Shown: one piece after another, positions 1 to 8,997 of the stretch
Position numbering within the stretch: the stretch's first letter is position 1
How the letters are laid out: each line of letters opens with the position of its first letter
Source: Eubacteriales bacterium
GTDB lineage: Bacteria > Bacillota > Clostridia > Oscillospirales > CAG-272
DNA length: 64,000 nucleotides
Assembly: GCA_045632205.1 (NCBI GenBank)
Contig: JAZQWH010000192.1
Location: 361-64,360 of the forward strand
Direction of reading: 5' to 3'
The notes under the pieces: generated by a model
What the model was told of the DNA's origin: nothing
The model's input: only the letters and a program-made list of their open reading frames with translations
Databases searched by the model: none
Program-made: the position numbers and the translations under genes

Positions 1-752
1 ATCTTGTTCCCGACGAAGGTGAGATCAAGCTGTTCGGTAGAGATTATACCGATCCCGGCGTGCGCGTGAGAGTCGGCGCGCTGATCGAGAACGCAGGCTG
101 TTTCTCCGGATCAAGCGTGTATCAGAACCTTATGATGCAGTGCATCAATCTCGGGATTGAGAACGCAGACGAGGAGATCAGACGCGTGCTTGAGATCGTG
201 CGTATGGAGGATAACGCAAATCTCAAATTCAAGAGCTGCTCGCTCGGTATGAAGCAGCGTATCGGTATCGCAATGGCTCTGCTTGGGTCACCCGCGCTTC
301 TCATTCTCGACGAGCCGATCAACGGTCTTGATACTGACGGTATGCGAATTATGCGTGAGATCCTTGTAGATATTACAAAGAAATACGGCTGTACCGTTCT
401 CATCTCCTCTCACATCCTCGGTGAGCTTGAAAAGATCGCAACCCATTACGGAATTATCCGTCAAGGCAAGATGATTATGGAGCTATCTGCTGAGGAAATG
501 GATTCGAGAGCGCAGGTCTTTACCTCATTGAAATGCGCGGATATGCAGGGCGCAAAGGCGGTTCTTTGTAAGCAGTACACCGACGTGCGAGAGGAAGAAG
601 GATATATCCGTATTTATGACGTGGACGATACCGCTTCTATCGTTGACTTCTTGATGAAAAACGGTCACGTTGTCAGCGAAATTTCAAGAAATAAGATCGG
701 TCTTGAAGAATATTACATCGAGCTGATGTCGAAAAAGGAGGCAGAATTATGA
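1..752 (+). CDS. ABC transporter ATP-binding protein (5' end outside window)
   Basis: Frame is open from the window edge. Signature-like SLGMKQR, Walker B LLILDEP, H-loop SSHIL. Clear paralog of 1606..2505. Stop overlaps the next start (ATGA). Confidence 0.85.
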   Translation, partial: LVPDEGEIKLFGRDYTDPGVRVRVGALIENAGCFSGSSVYQNLMMQCINLGIENADEEIRRVLEIVRMEDNANLKFKSCSLGMKQRIGIAMALLGSPALLILDEPINGLDTDGMRIMREILVDITKKYGCTVLISSHILGELEKIATHYGIIRQGKMIMELSAEEMDSRAQVFTSLKCADMQGAKAVLCKQYTDVREEEGYIRIYDVDDTASIVDFLMKNGHVVSEISRNKIGLEEYYIELMSKKEAEL

Positions 753-1591
753 ATACAACACGTGAAATCAAATTTGAATCGCCTACCTTTGCACGCAGAA
801 TTAAAGGGATGCTCGGCGTTGACTTCTACCGTCTGTTTCACACGCCCCTCTTTTACATCTTCCTTGCCATTGCCGCGATCATTCCTGCAATGGTATCGGC
901 TATGACTATGATGCCCGATCAGAACGGACAGACGATGGAGCCTCTTTATTCTAACGTTTGGCAGATCATCGCCGCCTCCAAGTCGCTTTACGTCATCGAG
1001 GGAATTGCTGACTACGCCAATATGAATATGGTGTTCATCTTTGGCGGGATTATGGTGTCTATCTTTATCGGTCACGATTATAAGAGCGGATACGTGAAGC
1101 AGCTTTTCACCACACACGCAAAGAAGCAGGACTATATGATCTCAAAGAGCCTTGTGTGCGCCTTTGCCATGGCTTGTATGTGCATTACGTATCTTATTGG
1201 CGGTACGGTGGGCGGCTTGCTCGTAGGATATGAAACCGACGTGAACGTAGGCTCGCTCATTATTGCTATCCTTGGTAAAATTATTATGTCGCTCGGTTGG
1301 GCAAGCCTCTACACCTTCCTCAACGTGATATTCAGAAGATATTTCGGCATCTCGGTTGCCTCGTCCTTCTTCTTCGGCACGGGTATCCTCATCATCGGTG
1401 CAGCGGCAATCATTGAGAGTATAAAGCTTCCCACAAGCTTTCTCAACGTCTTCCTTTACGGTGCGTCGGTGAACGCCAATCTTTCAAGCGGGATCGGATC
1501 CTTGCTGATCTGCATTGTTGTATCGGTGGCTTGGGCGGTCATCTATAACGTAGCAGGCACGCAACTTCTTAACAAGTGCGACGTTTATTAA
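749..1591 (+). CDS. ABC-2 type transporter permease (multi-TM)
   Basis: 280-aa hydrophobic protein, about 6 predicted TM segments by eye. Translationally coupled to the upstream ATPase. Paralog of 2502..3314 (shared N-terminal FE..SF.(K/R)R(I/L)KGML.VDF motif). Confidence 0.8.
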   Translation: MNTTREIKFESPTFARRIKGMLGVDFYRLFHTPLFYIFLAIAAIIPAMVSAMTMMPDQNGQTMEPLYSNVWQIIAASKSLYVIEGIADYANMNMVFIFGGIMVSIFIGHDYKSGYVKQLFTTHAKKQDYMISKSLVCAFAMACMCITYLIGGTVGGLLVGYETDVNVGSLIIAILGKIIMSLGWASLYTFLNVIFRRYFGISVASSFFFGTGILIIGAAAIIESIKLPTSFLNVFLYGASVNANLSSGIGSLLICIVVSVAWAVIYNVAGTQLLNKCDVY

Positions 1592-1605
1592 AGGGGGGCA
1601 GAAAA

Positions 1606-2505
1606 ATGAATGCAGTTGAAATAAAAAACTTATCCAAAAACTTCGGCCCCAAGCAGGCGGTGTGCGGTCTTGATATGACCGTTCCAATGGGCGCGATCTA
1701 CGGATTTATCGGGGAGAACGGCTCGGGAAAATCGACCACAGAAAAAATGATCTGCGGACTGATCCCCGTAAGCGGTGGCTCAATCAAGCTTTACGGTAAG
1801 GAGTATACCGATGAGTGCGTAAGAGCAAAAATGGGTGTTTTGATCGAAGCTCCCGGATGCTTTCCGGGGCTTACCGTATTTGACAATATGATGCTTCAAG
1901 CGGCAAATCTTTCCATTCCCAATGCAGAGCAGGAAGTTGTTAAAGTGCTTAAAACGGTTCGTATGGAGGGTGCGGCAGGCAATCAATACAAGAACTGCTC
2001 CCTCGGTATGAAGCAAAGAGTAGGCATTGCGATGGCACTGCTCGGTGATCCCACATTGCTTGTACTTGACGAGCCTCTGAACGGTCTGGATGCAGACGGT
2101 ATGAGAATTATGCGCGAGGTGTTTCTTGACATTATCAAGGACGGAAAGCGCAGTATCATTGTTTCCTCGCATTTGCTTGGAGAGCTTCAGAAGGTAGCAA
2201 CACACTACGGCATTATCCGTCACGGAAAAATGATCGTGGAAATGACCGCGGACGAGCTTGACGCAAGCTGCCGTACCTACGTTGCGCTTACGTCGGCTGA
2301 AATGAACAGAACCAAGATGCTTCTCGGCTGCAAATATTCCCGCGTGGAAGAGGATGAGGCGGGCTATATCCGTGTGTACGATCAGACCACTCCCGAGGAG
2401 ATCGTAACGTATCTCTACGAAAACGGTATTTGCGTAACAGAGATCAAGACCGACAAGATCGGACTTGAGGAATACTATATCGACCTGATGAAAGGAGGCA
2501 GATGA
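1606..2505 (+). CDS. ABC transporter ATP-binding protein
   Basis: Walker A GENGSGKST, signature SLGMKQR, Walker B LLVLDEP, H-loop SSHLL. RBS aaagggggg lies upstream of ATG 1606; the ORF-track start at 1576 has no RBS. Confidence 0.9.
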   Translation: MNAVEIKNLSKNFGPKQAVCGLDMTVPMGAIYGFIGENGSGKSTTEKMICGLIPVSGGSIKLYGKEYTDECVRAKMGVLIEAPGCFPGLTVFDNMMLQAANLSIPNAEQEVVKVLKTVRMEGAAGNQYKNCSLGMKQRVGIAMALLGDPTLLVLDEPLNGLDADGMRIMREVFLDIIKDGKRSIIVSSHLLGELQKVATHYGIIRHGKMIVEMTADELDASCRTYVALTSAEMNRTKMLLGCKYSRVEEDEAGYIRVYDQTTPEEIVTYLYENGICVTEIKTDKIGLEEYYIDLMKGGR

Positions 2506-3314
2506 GAATGGAAAATGGAATGAAATTTGAGAAAATCAGCTTTGGTAAGCGTTTGAAAGGTATGCTCAACGTGGATTTTCGCAGAATGTTTAAGTCCAAA
2601 TTGTTTTACATCCTGATTGTCTGTGCGCTTGTGATGCCGATTCTGATGACGGTTATGATGTCGATGATGGATGGTTCTGTTTCGGTCAATCCGCAAACGG
2701 GAGAGGAAACAATTATGCAGGGACCTGAAAATACCTGGCAGAATATCGGTACGCTTCCCGGGGAGCCTCTCGGCGGCGACGAGATCTTTATGATGTGCAA
2801 TATCAATATGATGTTTATGGCGGTTGCCGTATTCACCTGCCTCTTTATATCCGACGATTTCAGAAGCGGATACGCCAAAAATCTCTTTACCGTTCGCGCA
2901 AAAAGAGGCGAATACGTGTTCTCCAAGACGCTTGCGGGCTTTGTTTGCGGAGCGTTTATGATGATCGCATATCTTTTAGGCGCAATCCTCGGCGGTGCGA
3001 TCTCGGGGCTTTCCTTTGACCTTCACGGACTGAATGCAGGAAATCTCGTTGCTTGTATGCTCGCAAAGATACTCCTGATGCTTGTGTTCGTTTCCATTTT
3101 CACCCTCATCAGCGTGGCGGCAAAGCATAAGGCGTGGCTCTCGATTTGCGGCTCGCTCGGCGGCGGTATGCTCCTCTTTATGATGGTCTCTATGATCACG
3201 CCCCTTGGCTCTACCATAATCAACGTCGCACTCTGTGCGGCAGGCGGCGCATTGTTTGCGTTCGGTCTTGGCGCGATCAGCAAGGTGGTTCTCAAAAAAA
3301 CAAGCTTGGTTTGA
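2502..3314 (+). CDS. ABC-2 type transporter permease
   Basis: 270-aa polytopic protein. ATGA overlap with the upstream ATPase stop. The start could instead be ATG 2508. Confidence 0.8.
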   Translation: MRMENGMKFEKISFGKRLKGMLNVDFRRMFKSKLFYILIVCALVMPILMTVMMSMMDGSVSVNPQTGEETIMQGPENTWQNIGTLPGEPLGGDEIFMMCNINMMFMAVAVFTCLFISDDFRSGYAKNLFTVRAKRGEYVFSKTLAGFVCGAFMMIAYLLGAILGGAISGLSFDLHGLNAGNLVACMLAKILLMLVFVSIFTLISVAAKHKAWLSICGSLGGGMLLFMMVSMITPLGSTIINVALCAAGGALFAFGLGAISKVVLKKTSLV

Positions 3315-3322
3315 TTTTTGAT

Positions 3323-3366
3323 ACAAGGCAACACAAAAACGCGGTTGCCTTGTAATTTTTTTTTTC
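3323..3366 (+). terminator. Intrinsic terminator after the ABC genes
   Basis: Hairpin acaaggcaac/gttgccttgt followed by a run of about 10 T. Confidence 0.75.
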
Positions 3367-3454
3367 AAAAAACCAAAACACAAACAAAACTTTAACATTT
3401 CTATGTTATACTATACGTATAAAAGCCAAAATACCCCCTTTGGAGGACAAGAAT

Positions 3455-4126
3455 ATGTTTAAAATTCTAATTGTGGAGGATGACAGAGATCTGAACCGCA
3501 GTGTTTGCTCGTTTCTTAACGGCAGCGGATATGAAGCGGTCGGTTGTCTTGATGCGGAAAGCGCATACGACGAGATGTACAAGACGGTCTTTGACTGTAT
3601 TGTTTCGGATATTATGATGCCTCATATCGACGGCTTTGAGTTCGCCAAGACCGTGCGCTCCCTCAACAACGATATTCCGATTTTGTTTATGACCGCCCGT
3701 GATGATTTCGCGTCCAAGCAGAGAGGCTTCCGCATCGGTATCGACGATTATATGACCAAGCCCATCGACCTTGACGAGCTGTTTCTGCGCATTGGCGCGC
3801 TTCTTCGCCGTTCCAAGATCGCATCCAGCCGTCGCCTTGAGGTGGGTAATTTTGTGATGGATGCCGATGAGAGAAGCGCTACCTTGAACGGTGAGGAAAT
3901 ACCTCTCACGGCAAGAGAGTTTGATCTTCTTTATAAGCTCCTCTCCTATCCCAAAAAGACCTTCACGCGCACACAGCTGATGGACGAGTTCTGGGACGTG
4001 GATACACAGACGGGCACTCGCACGGTTGACGTGTATATGACCAAGCTTCGCTCCAAGCTCTCGGATTGCGATTCCTTTGAGATTCAGACCGTCCACGGTC
4101 TTGGTTATAAGGCGGTGATCAAATGA
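3455..4126 (+). CDS. OmpR-family response regulator
   Basis: Receiver motifs (ILIVEDD, SDIMMP, MTARD, KP) and a winged-helix C-terminus (TVHGLGYK). RBS ggagga lies before ATG 3455. Confidence 0.9.
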   Translation: MFKILIVEDDRDLNRSVCSFLNGSGYEAVGCLDAESAYDEMYKTVFDCIVSDIMMPHIDGFEFAKTVRSLNNDIPILFMTARDDFASKQRGFRIGIDDYMTKPIDLDELFLRIGALLRRSKIASSRRLEVGNFVMDADERSATLNGEEIPLTAREFDLLYKLLSYPKKTFTRTQLMDEFWDVDTQTGTRTVDVYMTKLRSKLSDCDSFEIQTVHGLGYKAVIK

Positions 4127-5214
4127 AAAAGCCGAGCTTTCGCGGTTTCCTTCGGGAGTTCAGTAGCTTTCTGTTGTTCTTTCTGTCGGTAGGCTTTGTG
4201 GTCTCCTGCTGTATGATGCTTTTTTTGAAGGTTTTATCAACGGAAATGGGGCTTGTTTATACCTCCGAAAACATCGCAGAAGCGGCAAAGATCACCTTTC
4301 TCAACGTTGTCATTATCACCGTGCTTTTCAAAACCGTTGATTTTATCCGTCGCAGGATGATGGTGGATAAGCCGGTCAAGCTGATTACAGATGCTGCAGA
4401 GAAAATTATGAACGGCGATTTTTCTGCCCGTGTGAGGCTTATGCACGGCTCGGGAATGGAGGGCTTCAATCAAATCGGTGAATCGATCAACGCGATGGCA
4501 GAGGAGCTTTCGAGCGTGGAAACCCTGCGCACCGATTTTATTGCCAACGTCTCCCACGAAATGAACACGCCCCTTGCCGTAATGCAGAACTACGGAACGC
4601 TTTTGCAGGCTCCCGACCTTCCCGAAGAAAAGAGAGTGGAATACGCCAAGGCAATCACCGACGCCTCGCGCCGTCTTGCCGATATGATGACGAACATTCT
4701 CAAGCTCAATCGGCTTGAAAATCAGCAGATCTATCCGAACCCCACCACCTTCGACCTCGGCGAGCAGCTTTGCGAGAGTCTTTTGCAATATGAGGGCACG
4801 TGGGAGCGAAGGAATATCGAGATCGAAACCGATATAGCCGAGAATGTGATCATTTCTGCCGACTCGGAGCTTCTTTCGCTCGTTTGGAACAACCTTTTCT
4901 CCAATGCCTTCAAGTTCACCGAGGATGGCGGCAAGGTCACGCTCACGCTTGCGGCAGACGAAGCATACGCCACCGTAAAAGTAACCGACACGGGATGCGG
5001 AATGAGCGCAGAGGTTGGCGCGCACATCTTTGAAAAGTTCTATCAAGGCGACACGTCGCGTGCAACGCAGGGAAACGGACTCGGACTTGCACTTGTCAAG
5101 CGTGTGGTTGATATTATGCAGGGCGAGATCGGCGTGGAAAGCGCCGTCGGTGTCGGAACAACGTTTACGGTCAAGATCAGGAGGGCGAATGATGGATTGG
5201 CAGAAACTCGGTAA
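4123..5214 (+). CDS. Sensor histidine kinase (HAMP-HisKA-HATPase)
   Basis: H-box FIANVSHEMNTPL, N-box NLFSNAFKFT, G1 DTGCGM, G2 GNGLGLALV. Two N-terminal TM segments. ATGA overlap with the regulator. Confidence 0.9.
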   Translation: MKKPSFRGFLREFSSFLLFFLSVGFVVSCCMMLFLKVLSTEMGLVYTSENIAEAAKITFLNVVIITVLFKTVDFIRRRMMVDKPVKLITDAAEKIMNGDFSARVRLMHGSGMEGFNQIGESINAMAEELSSVETLRTDFIANVSHEMNTPLAVMQNYGTLLQAPDLPEEKRVEYAKAITDASRRLADMMTNILKLNRLENQQIYPNPTTFDLGEQLCESLLQYEGTWERRNIEIETDIAENVIISADSELLSLVWNNLFSNAFKFTEDGGKVTLTLAADEAYATVKVTDTGCGMSAEVGAHIFEKFYQGDTSRATQGNGLGLALVKRVVDIMQGEIGVESAVGVGTTFTVKIRRANDGLAETR

Positions 5215-6082
5215 AGCTCTGCTGTTCCCGCATCTCGCGATTATGATATTGTTCGTTCCGATTGCAACCGTTTTGCTGGTCGGTTCAATGGTATTTATCG
5301 GAACAGAGTCGATTATCGCGTACGTCTCATATGTCCTTGCCGCTTATACCCTCACGGTTTGGTGCTTCAAGATTCCGTATTTGATCAAATTTTTTAAGAT
5401 CTTCAAGCAAGAAAACAAATATGCAAGAAGATGGCAGGAGGATACGCGCCTGCGCGTGAACGTATCTCTTTACGGATCGCTTTCGTGGAACGCCTTGTAC
5501 GGAATCCTTCAGCTGTGGCTTGGATTTTACCACCACACCTTCTGGTTCTATTCTCTCGGCGCGTACTATATCTGTCTTGGCGTGATGCGCTTCTTCCTGG
5601 CGCGTCACACAACGAGATACGCTCCGGGCGAGAGAATGCAGATTGAGCTGAAAAAATACCGCGCCTGCGGCATCGTGTTTCTTGTGATGAACTCAGCCCT
5701 TGCGCTGATCATCTTCTTTATGGTCTATTGGAACAGAACCTTCGAGCATCATATGATCACGGCGATCGCGATGGCGGCATATACCTTCACGGCGTTTACG
5801 GTAGCGATCGTAAACGTGGTGAAATACCGCAAATACAACAGCCCCGCTTTTTCTGCATCCAAAGCGATCAGTCTGGCGGCGGCGCTTGTGTCGATGCTGA
5901 CGCTGGAATCCACGATGCTCACGACCTTTGGTGATGGAACGATGACCGCTACCGCACAAAAATGGATGCTCGGAGCGACAGGCGGCGTGATTTCGGTATT
6001 GATCGTTGCTACAGCGGTTTATATGATCGCGGTTGGAACAAAGAAACTCAGAGAATTAAAAACAGAGGTTGAAAATGGATAA
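5189..6082 (+). CDS. Polytopic membrane protein, unknown function
   Basis: RBS aggaggg lies before ATG 5189, with hydrophobic segments throughout. The ORF-track N-terminal extension (5015-5188) lies inside the kinase gene and looks non-protein-like. Confidence 0.7.
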   Translation: MMDWQKLGKALLFPHLAIMILFVPIATVLLVGSMVFIGTESIIAYVSYVLAAYTLTVWCFKIPYLIKFFKIFKQENKYARRWQEDTRLRVNVSLYGSLSWNALYGILQLWLGFYHHTFWFYSLGAYYICLGVMRFFLARHTTRYAPGERMQIELKKYRACGIVFLVMNSALALIIFFMVYWNRTFEHHMITAIAMAAYTFTAFTVAIVNVVKYRKYNSPAFSASKAISLAAALVSMLTLESTMLTTFGDGTMTATAQKWMLGATGGVISVLIVATAVYMIAVGTKKLRELKTEVENG

Positions 6083-6488
6083 CAATAATCAAGAACAAAA
6101 CGGATTTACTTACACCTACTCCGCGCGTGAGCAGGCAGAGCTGAAGCGCATCCGTGATAAATACACCGCCCAAACAGAAGCCGAGGACAAGATGACTCGC
6201 CTACGCCGACTTGACGCAAGTGTTACCAATACGGCACAAGCGGTCGCGCTCGTGTTCGGTGTAATTGGAACGCTCATTCTCGGCTTTGGAATGAGCCTTG
6301 TTATGACAGAGCTTGCAGACAGCCTTGGTATTTCGGGGGATGCAGCTATGGTGATCGGCATTACCGTAGGCATCGTCGGCGGCATTCTCGCAAGCCTTGC
6401 TTATCCCATCTACAATGCCATTGTAAAAGCAAAGCGCAAAAAGCTCGCCCCCGAGATCCTTCGTCTGACCGATGAGCTGATGAAATGA
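6075..6488 (+). CDS. Small membrane protein (two central TM helices), unknown function
   Basis: RBS agagg lies 7 nt before ATG 6075. Charged N-terminus, Gly-rich TM pair, basic C-terminus. Confidence 0.6.
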   Translation: MDNNNQEQNGFTYTYSAREQAELKRIRDKYTAQTEAEDKMTRLRRLDASVTNTAQAVALVFGVIGTLILGFGMSLVMTELADSLGISGDAAMVIGITVGIVGGILASLAYPIYNAIVKAKRKKLAPEILRLTDELMK

Positions 6489-6565
6489 GGAGCGGAGAAT
6501 AAAACGACCTAACAATCCGATCAATCCTTAATATCCGAATCGGACAGGGAAAAACACCAAAACGG

Positions 6566-6594
6566 TTGAAAGGGTTACAGAACTATGATATAAT
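6566..6594 (+). promoter_or_regulatory. Sigma-A type promoter (TTGAAA-N17-TATAAT with TGn) plus conserved leader, copy 1
   Basis: ttgaaa 6566-6571 and tataat 6589-6594. The promoter and the leader cgataaataagaatttgt recur at 7780-7840. Confidence 0.65.
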
Positions 6595-6635
6595 AATCTC
6601 ACCGATAAATAAGAATTTGTTTAGGAGGAATAAAT

Positions 6636-6959
6636 ATGTTTGGATTATTTGCTAAAAAGGTTATGAACGAAGAAGCCGCCAAGTCTTTTTGGGAATGGTT
6701 TGCAGAAAAAGAAGAGTGGATTATCAGTTGTATTTCCAATCACGACTCAGCATTTGTATGGGCAATCGATGAAAAGTTAAAACCGGTATTCCCTTATTTC
6801 AAGGGAGAACTCGAATTCCAGCTTGGATACAACAATGGCGTTGGAGAATTTTTCTTCTTCCACTTTGGAAAAAAAGACCTTGCTCGTGATGGCGAAGCCT
6901 TGGGAAAGATGATGCCTCCAGAAATCGCAAAAAATTGGAAACTTATTCTTGAAAAATAA
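6636..6959 (+). CDS. Hypothetical small cytoplasmic protein (107 aa)
   Basis: Strong RBS aggagg, AT-rich coding sequence, no motif recognised. Confidence 0.6.
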   Translation: MFGLFAKKVMNEEAAKSFWEWFAEKEEWIISCISNHDSAFVWAIDEKLKPVFPYFKGELEFQLGYNNGVGEFFFFHFGKKDLARDGEALGKMMPPEIAKNWKLILEK

Positions 6960-6966
6960 ATTAGCC

Positions 6967-7054
6967 AATTCCAATTTTTCGGGATGATACAGAACGAGGG
7001 CTGACGAAATCAATCGTCAGCCCTCAAAATTTGCGTCAGAGGAAACAAAGAAAA
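6967..7054. repeat. Repeated intergenic hairpin/junction element, copy E1
   Basis: aattccaatttttcgggatgata ... gagggctgacg-N8-cgtcagccctc ... aaaatttgcg..aaagaaaac. Related copies at 8475-8563 and 31487-31545, tail only at 30637-30670. Confidence 0.8.
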
Positions 7055-7058
7055 CAGG

Positions 7059-7613
7059 TTACGGCTTCATCACCTTGATAAAGTGGAACATTTCGTCGGG
7101 ACCTTCATCGGGATCACGCTCATCGTCATCGGGCATCTCGTGGTCGGGTGTGAAATACTCACACCAAAATTGGTCGATTTGAAAGCCGCACTTGTTTACG
7201 TAAAAATGAATATTGCGCTTTTCAAAATAGGGAGTACAGGTCTCCCAAACCTTCGTTTCGGGGTGCAGAGCCTCGACCTCCTGCCACGCGCCGTAGCCAA
7301 TGCCCTTGGTGTGCTCCTCGGGGGAAACGAACAGGATCTCCAGCTCGTTGTGGTTCGTTTCCTTGTTGATCTTCAGAATCACGCCTCCAACCCGTCTGCC
7401 ATCCAAAACGATGCGGTAGGTCTCGTTGTTGGCATCGTCGATGGATTTTTCGATGGTTTTGCGAGAAATGATCTCACCGTCACCGTCAATGTGGTCATCG
7501 CGCTCACCAAACTCCATCATCGCGCCATACTTGAACGCCCATTGATTGTCAAGAATGAATTGCTCACGGTCGTCTGCCGTAAGCGGAACAAGAGTAACCT
7601 TCGTGTTTTTCAT
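7059..7613 (-). CDS. GNAT-family N-acetyltransferase
   Basis: 184 aa with the acetyl-CoA pocket-like motif HTKGIGYGAW and GNAT-like beta-strand spacing. Acidic C-terminal tail. Confidence 0.7.
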   Translation of the reverse strand: MKNTKVTLVPLTADDREQFILDNQWAFKYGAMMEFGERDDHIDGDGEIISRKTIEKSIDDANNETYRIVLDGRRVGGVILKINKETNHNELEILFVSPEEHTKGIGYGAWQEVEALHPETKVWETCTPYFEKRNIHFYVNKCGFQIDQFWCEYFTPDHEMPDDDERDPDEGPDEMFHFIKVMKP

Positions 7614-7779
7614 AAAATACCTCCGAAAATAAAAATAGAGCTAAGGTCTTGCGAATGCAATAACCCAAGCTCACTTGGACACCTAATCCGGCATTTTGGT
7701 ACTACGGTACACAGCCTCCGGTGACAAATATTCAACGCAGAGATTATACCATAAATACGGGTGAATGTCAAGTAAGCGA

Positions 7780-7808
7780 TTGAAATATTCATAAAAATAT
7801 GATATAAT
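7780..7808 (+). promoter_or_regulatory. Sigma-A type promoter plus conserved leader, copy 2
   Basis: ttgaaa 7780-7785, 17-nt spacer with TGn, tataat 7803-7808. Followed by the leader cgataaataagaatttgt shared with 6566-6630. Confidence 0.65.
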
Positions 7809-7872
7809 AAACGCATCGATAAATAAGAATTTGTAGGAGATATATCTTTCCTAACGGATAATAAAAAACAAG

Positions 7873-8472
7873 ATGAAAACATTGATTATTATATGGTGTA
7901 TAACACTTTTTGCAGACAATCTACTTCCGTTGGTGCTTGCACGCTTCTATCCGAATTATAGTCATAAAGAAAAGGCGCTGTCTGTCCTTGGTTCACGCCA
8001 AAGCCCGGTGAGGTGGATATACAATGTGTGGTGTATCATATCAGGAATTGCTTTTTGTATTGCCCCTTATGAGTTGTACAAAGAGAATAGTAGCGATTTG
8101 ATGATAGCAATATGGGTATTGCTTGCAATATACGGCATCGGCTGTGAGATTATATCGGGATTCTGTCCATTAAACGAGAACAAACAAGACGAGGATGCAC
8201 TGACCAAAATTCACGGCGGTGCTTCTGCGATCGGATTTATGACATTACTCGTTGTACCGTTACTCTTGGCAATATTGCAATTTCAAGCTACCAATATAAT
8301 TATGGGAGTAATCTCACTTGTTAGCTTTATTGTGGCTTTCGCTTTCTTCTGCTTTTTCATTATGGGAGAGAAAGAAAAGTTTGCAAATACGGTTTTGCGA
8401 TACGGCGGTCTTTGGCAACGACTTGTTTTATTAAGTTGTTACATACCGTTGTTCATTTGGTGTCTTAAATAA
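7873..8472 (+). CDS. Polytopic membrane protein (DUF998-like, tentative)
   Basis: 199 aa, about 6 hydrophobic segments, AT-rich. No good RBS before ATG 7873, so the start is uncertain. Confidence 0.55.
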   Translation: MKTLIIIWCITLFADNLLPLVLARFYPNYSHKEKALSVLGSRQSPVRWIYNVWCIISGIAFCIAPYELYKENSSDLMIAIWVLLAIYGIGCEIISGFCPLNENKQDEDALTKIHGGASAIGFMTLLVVPLLLAILQFQATNIIMGVISLVSFIVAFAFFCFFIMGEKEKFANTVLRYGGLWQRLVLLSCYIPLFIWCLK

Positions 8473-8474
8473 CA

Positions 8475-8563
8475 AATTCCAATTTTTCGGGATGATAAAA
8501 GCTAGGGCTGACGGAAAACAACCGTCAGCCCTCAAAATTTGCGGTGCAGTAGGCAAAGAAAAG
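8475..8563. repeat. Repeated intergenic hairpin/junction element, copy E2 (contains the left 18-bp direct repeat 8546-8563)
   Basis: Same architecture as E1. The tail gcagtaggcaaagaaaag is identical to 30653-30670. Confidence 0.85.
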
Positions 8564-8775
8564 CCCCGGCGAGAAGGTCAGATCAAAGCGGTTGGATAGA
8601 CAGCCGCTTTTTTCTCTTCTGCGTGAAAAAAGCTCAAACAATATGCAAAGAACGTGGATTGATGCTTCAAGATGTTGCAACTTTTTATCAAAACATTAGA
8701 CAAACAGGTTGCAAAACAAAAGAAAGTATGATATAATATAGAATATTCAAGCTTTAGCTTTTGCGAGGTGTAGAT

Positions 8776-8997
8776 ATGGGTATCAGCTATAAAAAACTAT
8801 GGGTTCTCCTGATTGAAAAGGATATTACAAGGGCGCAAATGCGCAGAGATCTGAAGATTGCCACGGGTACGATGAGCAAGCTGAACAAGGGTGAAGAAGT
8901 CGCCTTGTCGGTGATTCTCCGTATATGCGAATATTTGGATTGCGATATTGGTGACATCTGCTCTGTTGTAAATCAGAAAAAGGAGGACTCTGTATGA
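8776..8997 (+). CDS. XRE/Cro-type helix-turn-helix transcriptional regulator (73 aa)
   Basis: Motif ITRAQMRRDLKIATGTMSKLNKGE resembles an HTH. RBS gaggtg precedes ATG 8776. Stop overlaps the LytTR regulator start (ATGA). Confidence 0.75.
   Translation: MGISYKKLWVLLIEKDITRAQMRRDLKIATGTMSKLNKGEEVALSVILRICEYLDCDIGDICSVVNQKKEDSV

Noticed and set aside
5015-5188. N-terminal extension of the membrane-protein ORF (start at 5015).
   Set aside because: The extension lies entirely inside the histidine kinase coding region in another frame and has an R/S-rich translation. A good RBS precedes ATG 5189.
6526-6560. Possible left-end att repeat: ccgaatcggacaggg resembles the tRNA-Pro 3' segment tcggaatgacaggat.
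   Set aside because: Only a short gapped match, roughly 15 of 25 positions, which is well within chance. The left island boundary therefore remains undefined.
8673-8716. Repeated gttgcaa motifs upstream of the XRE-LytTR operon as an autoregulatory LytTR site.
   Set aside because: The two copies are 34 bp apart rather than 21 bp, and their sequence is unrelated to the GTTCACCAC boxes.
8539-8736. 65-aa ORF in the intergenic region before the XRE gene, as a possible signalling-peptide precursor.
   Set aside because: It has no RBS, it starts inside repeated element E2, and its composition is not peptide-pheromone-like. It could still be checked by ribosome profiling.
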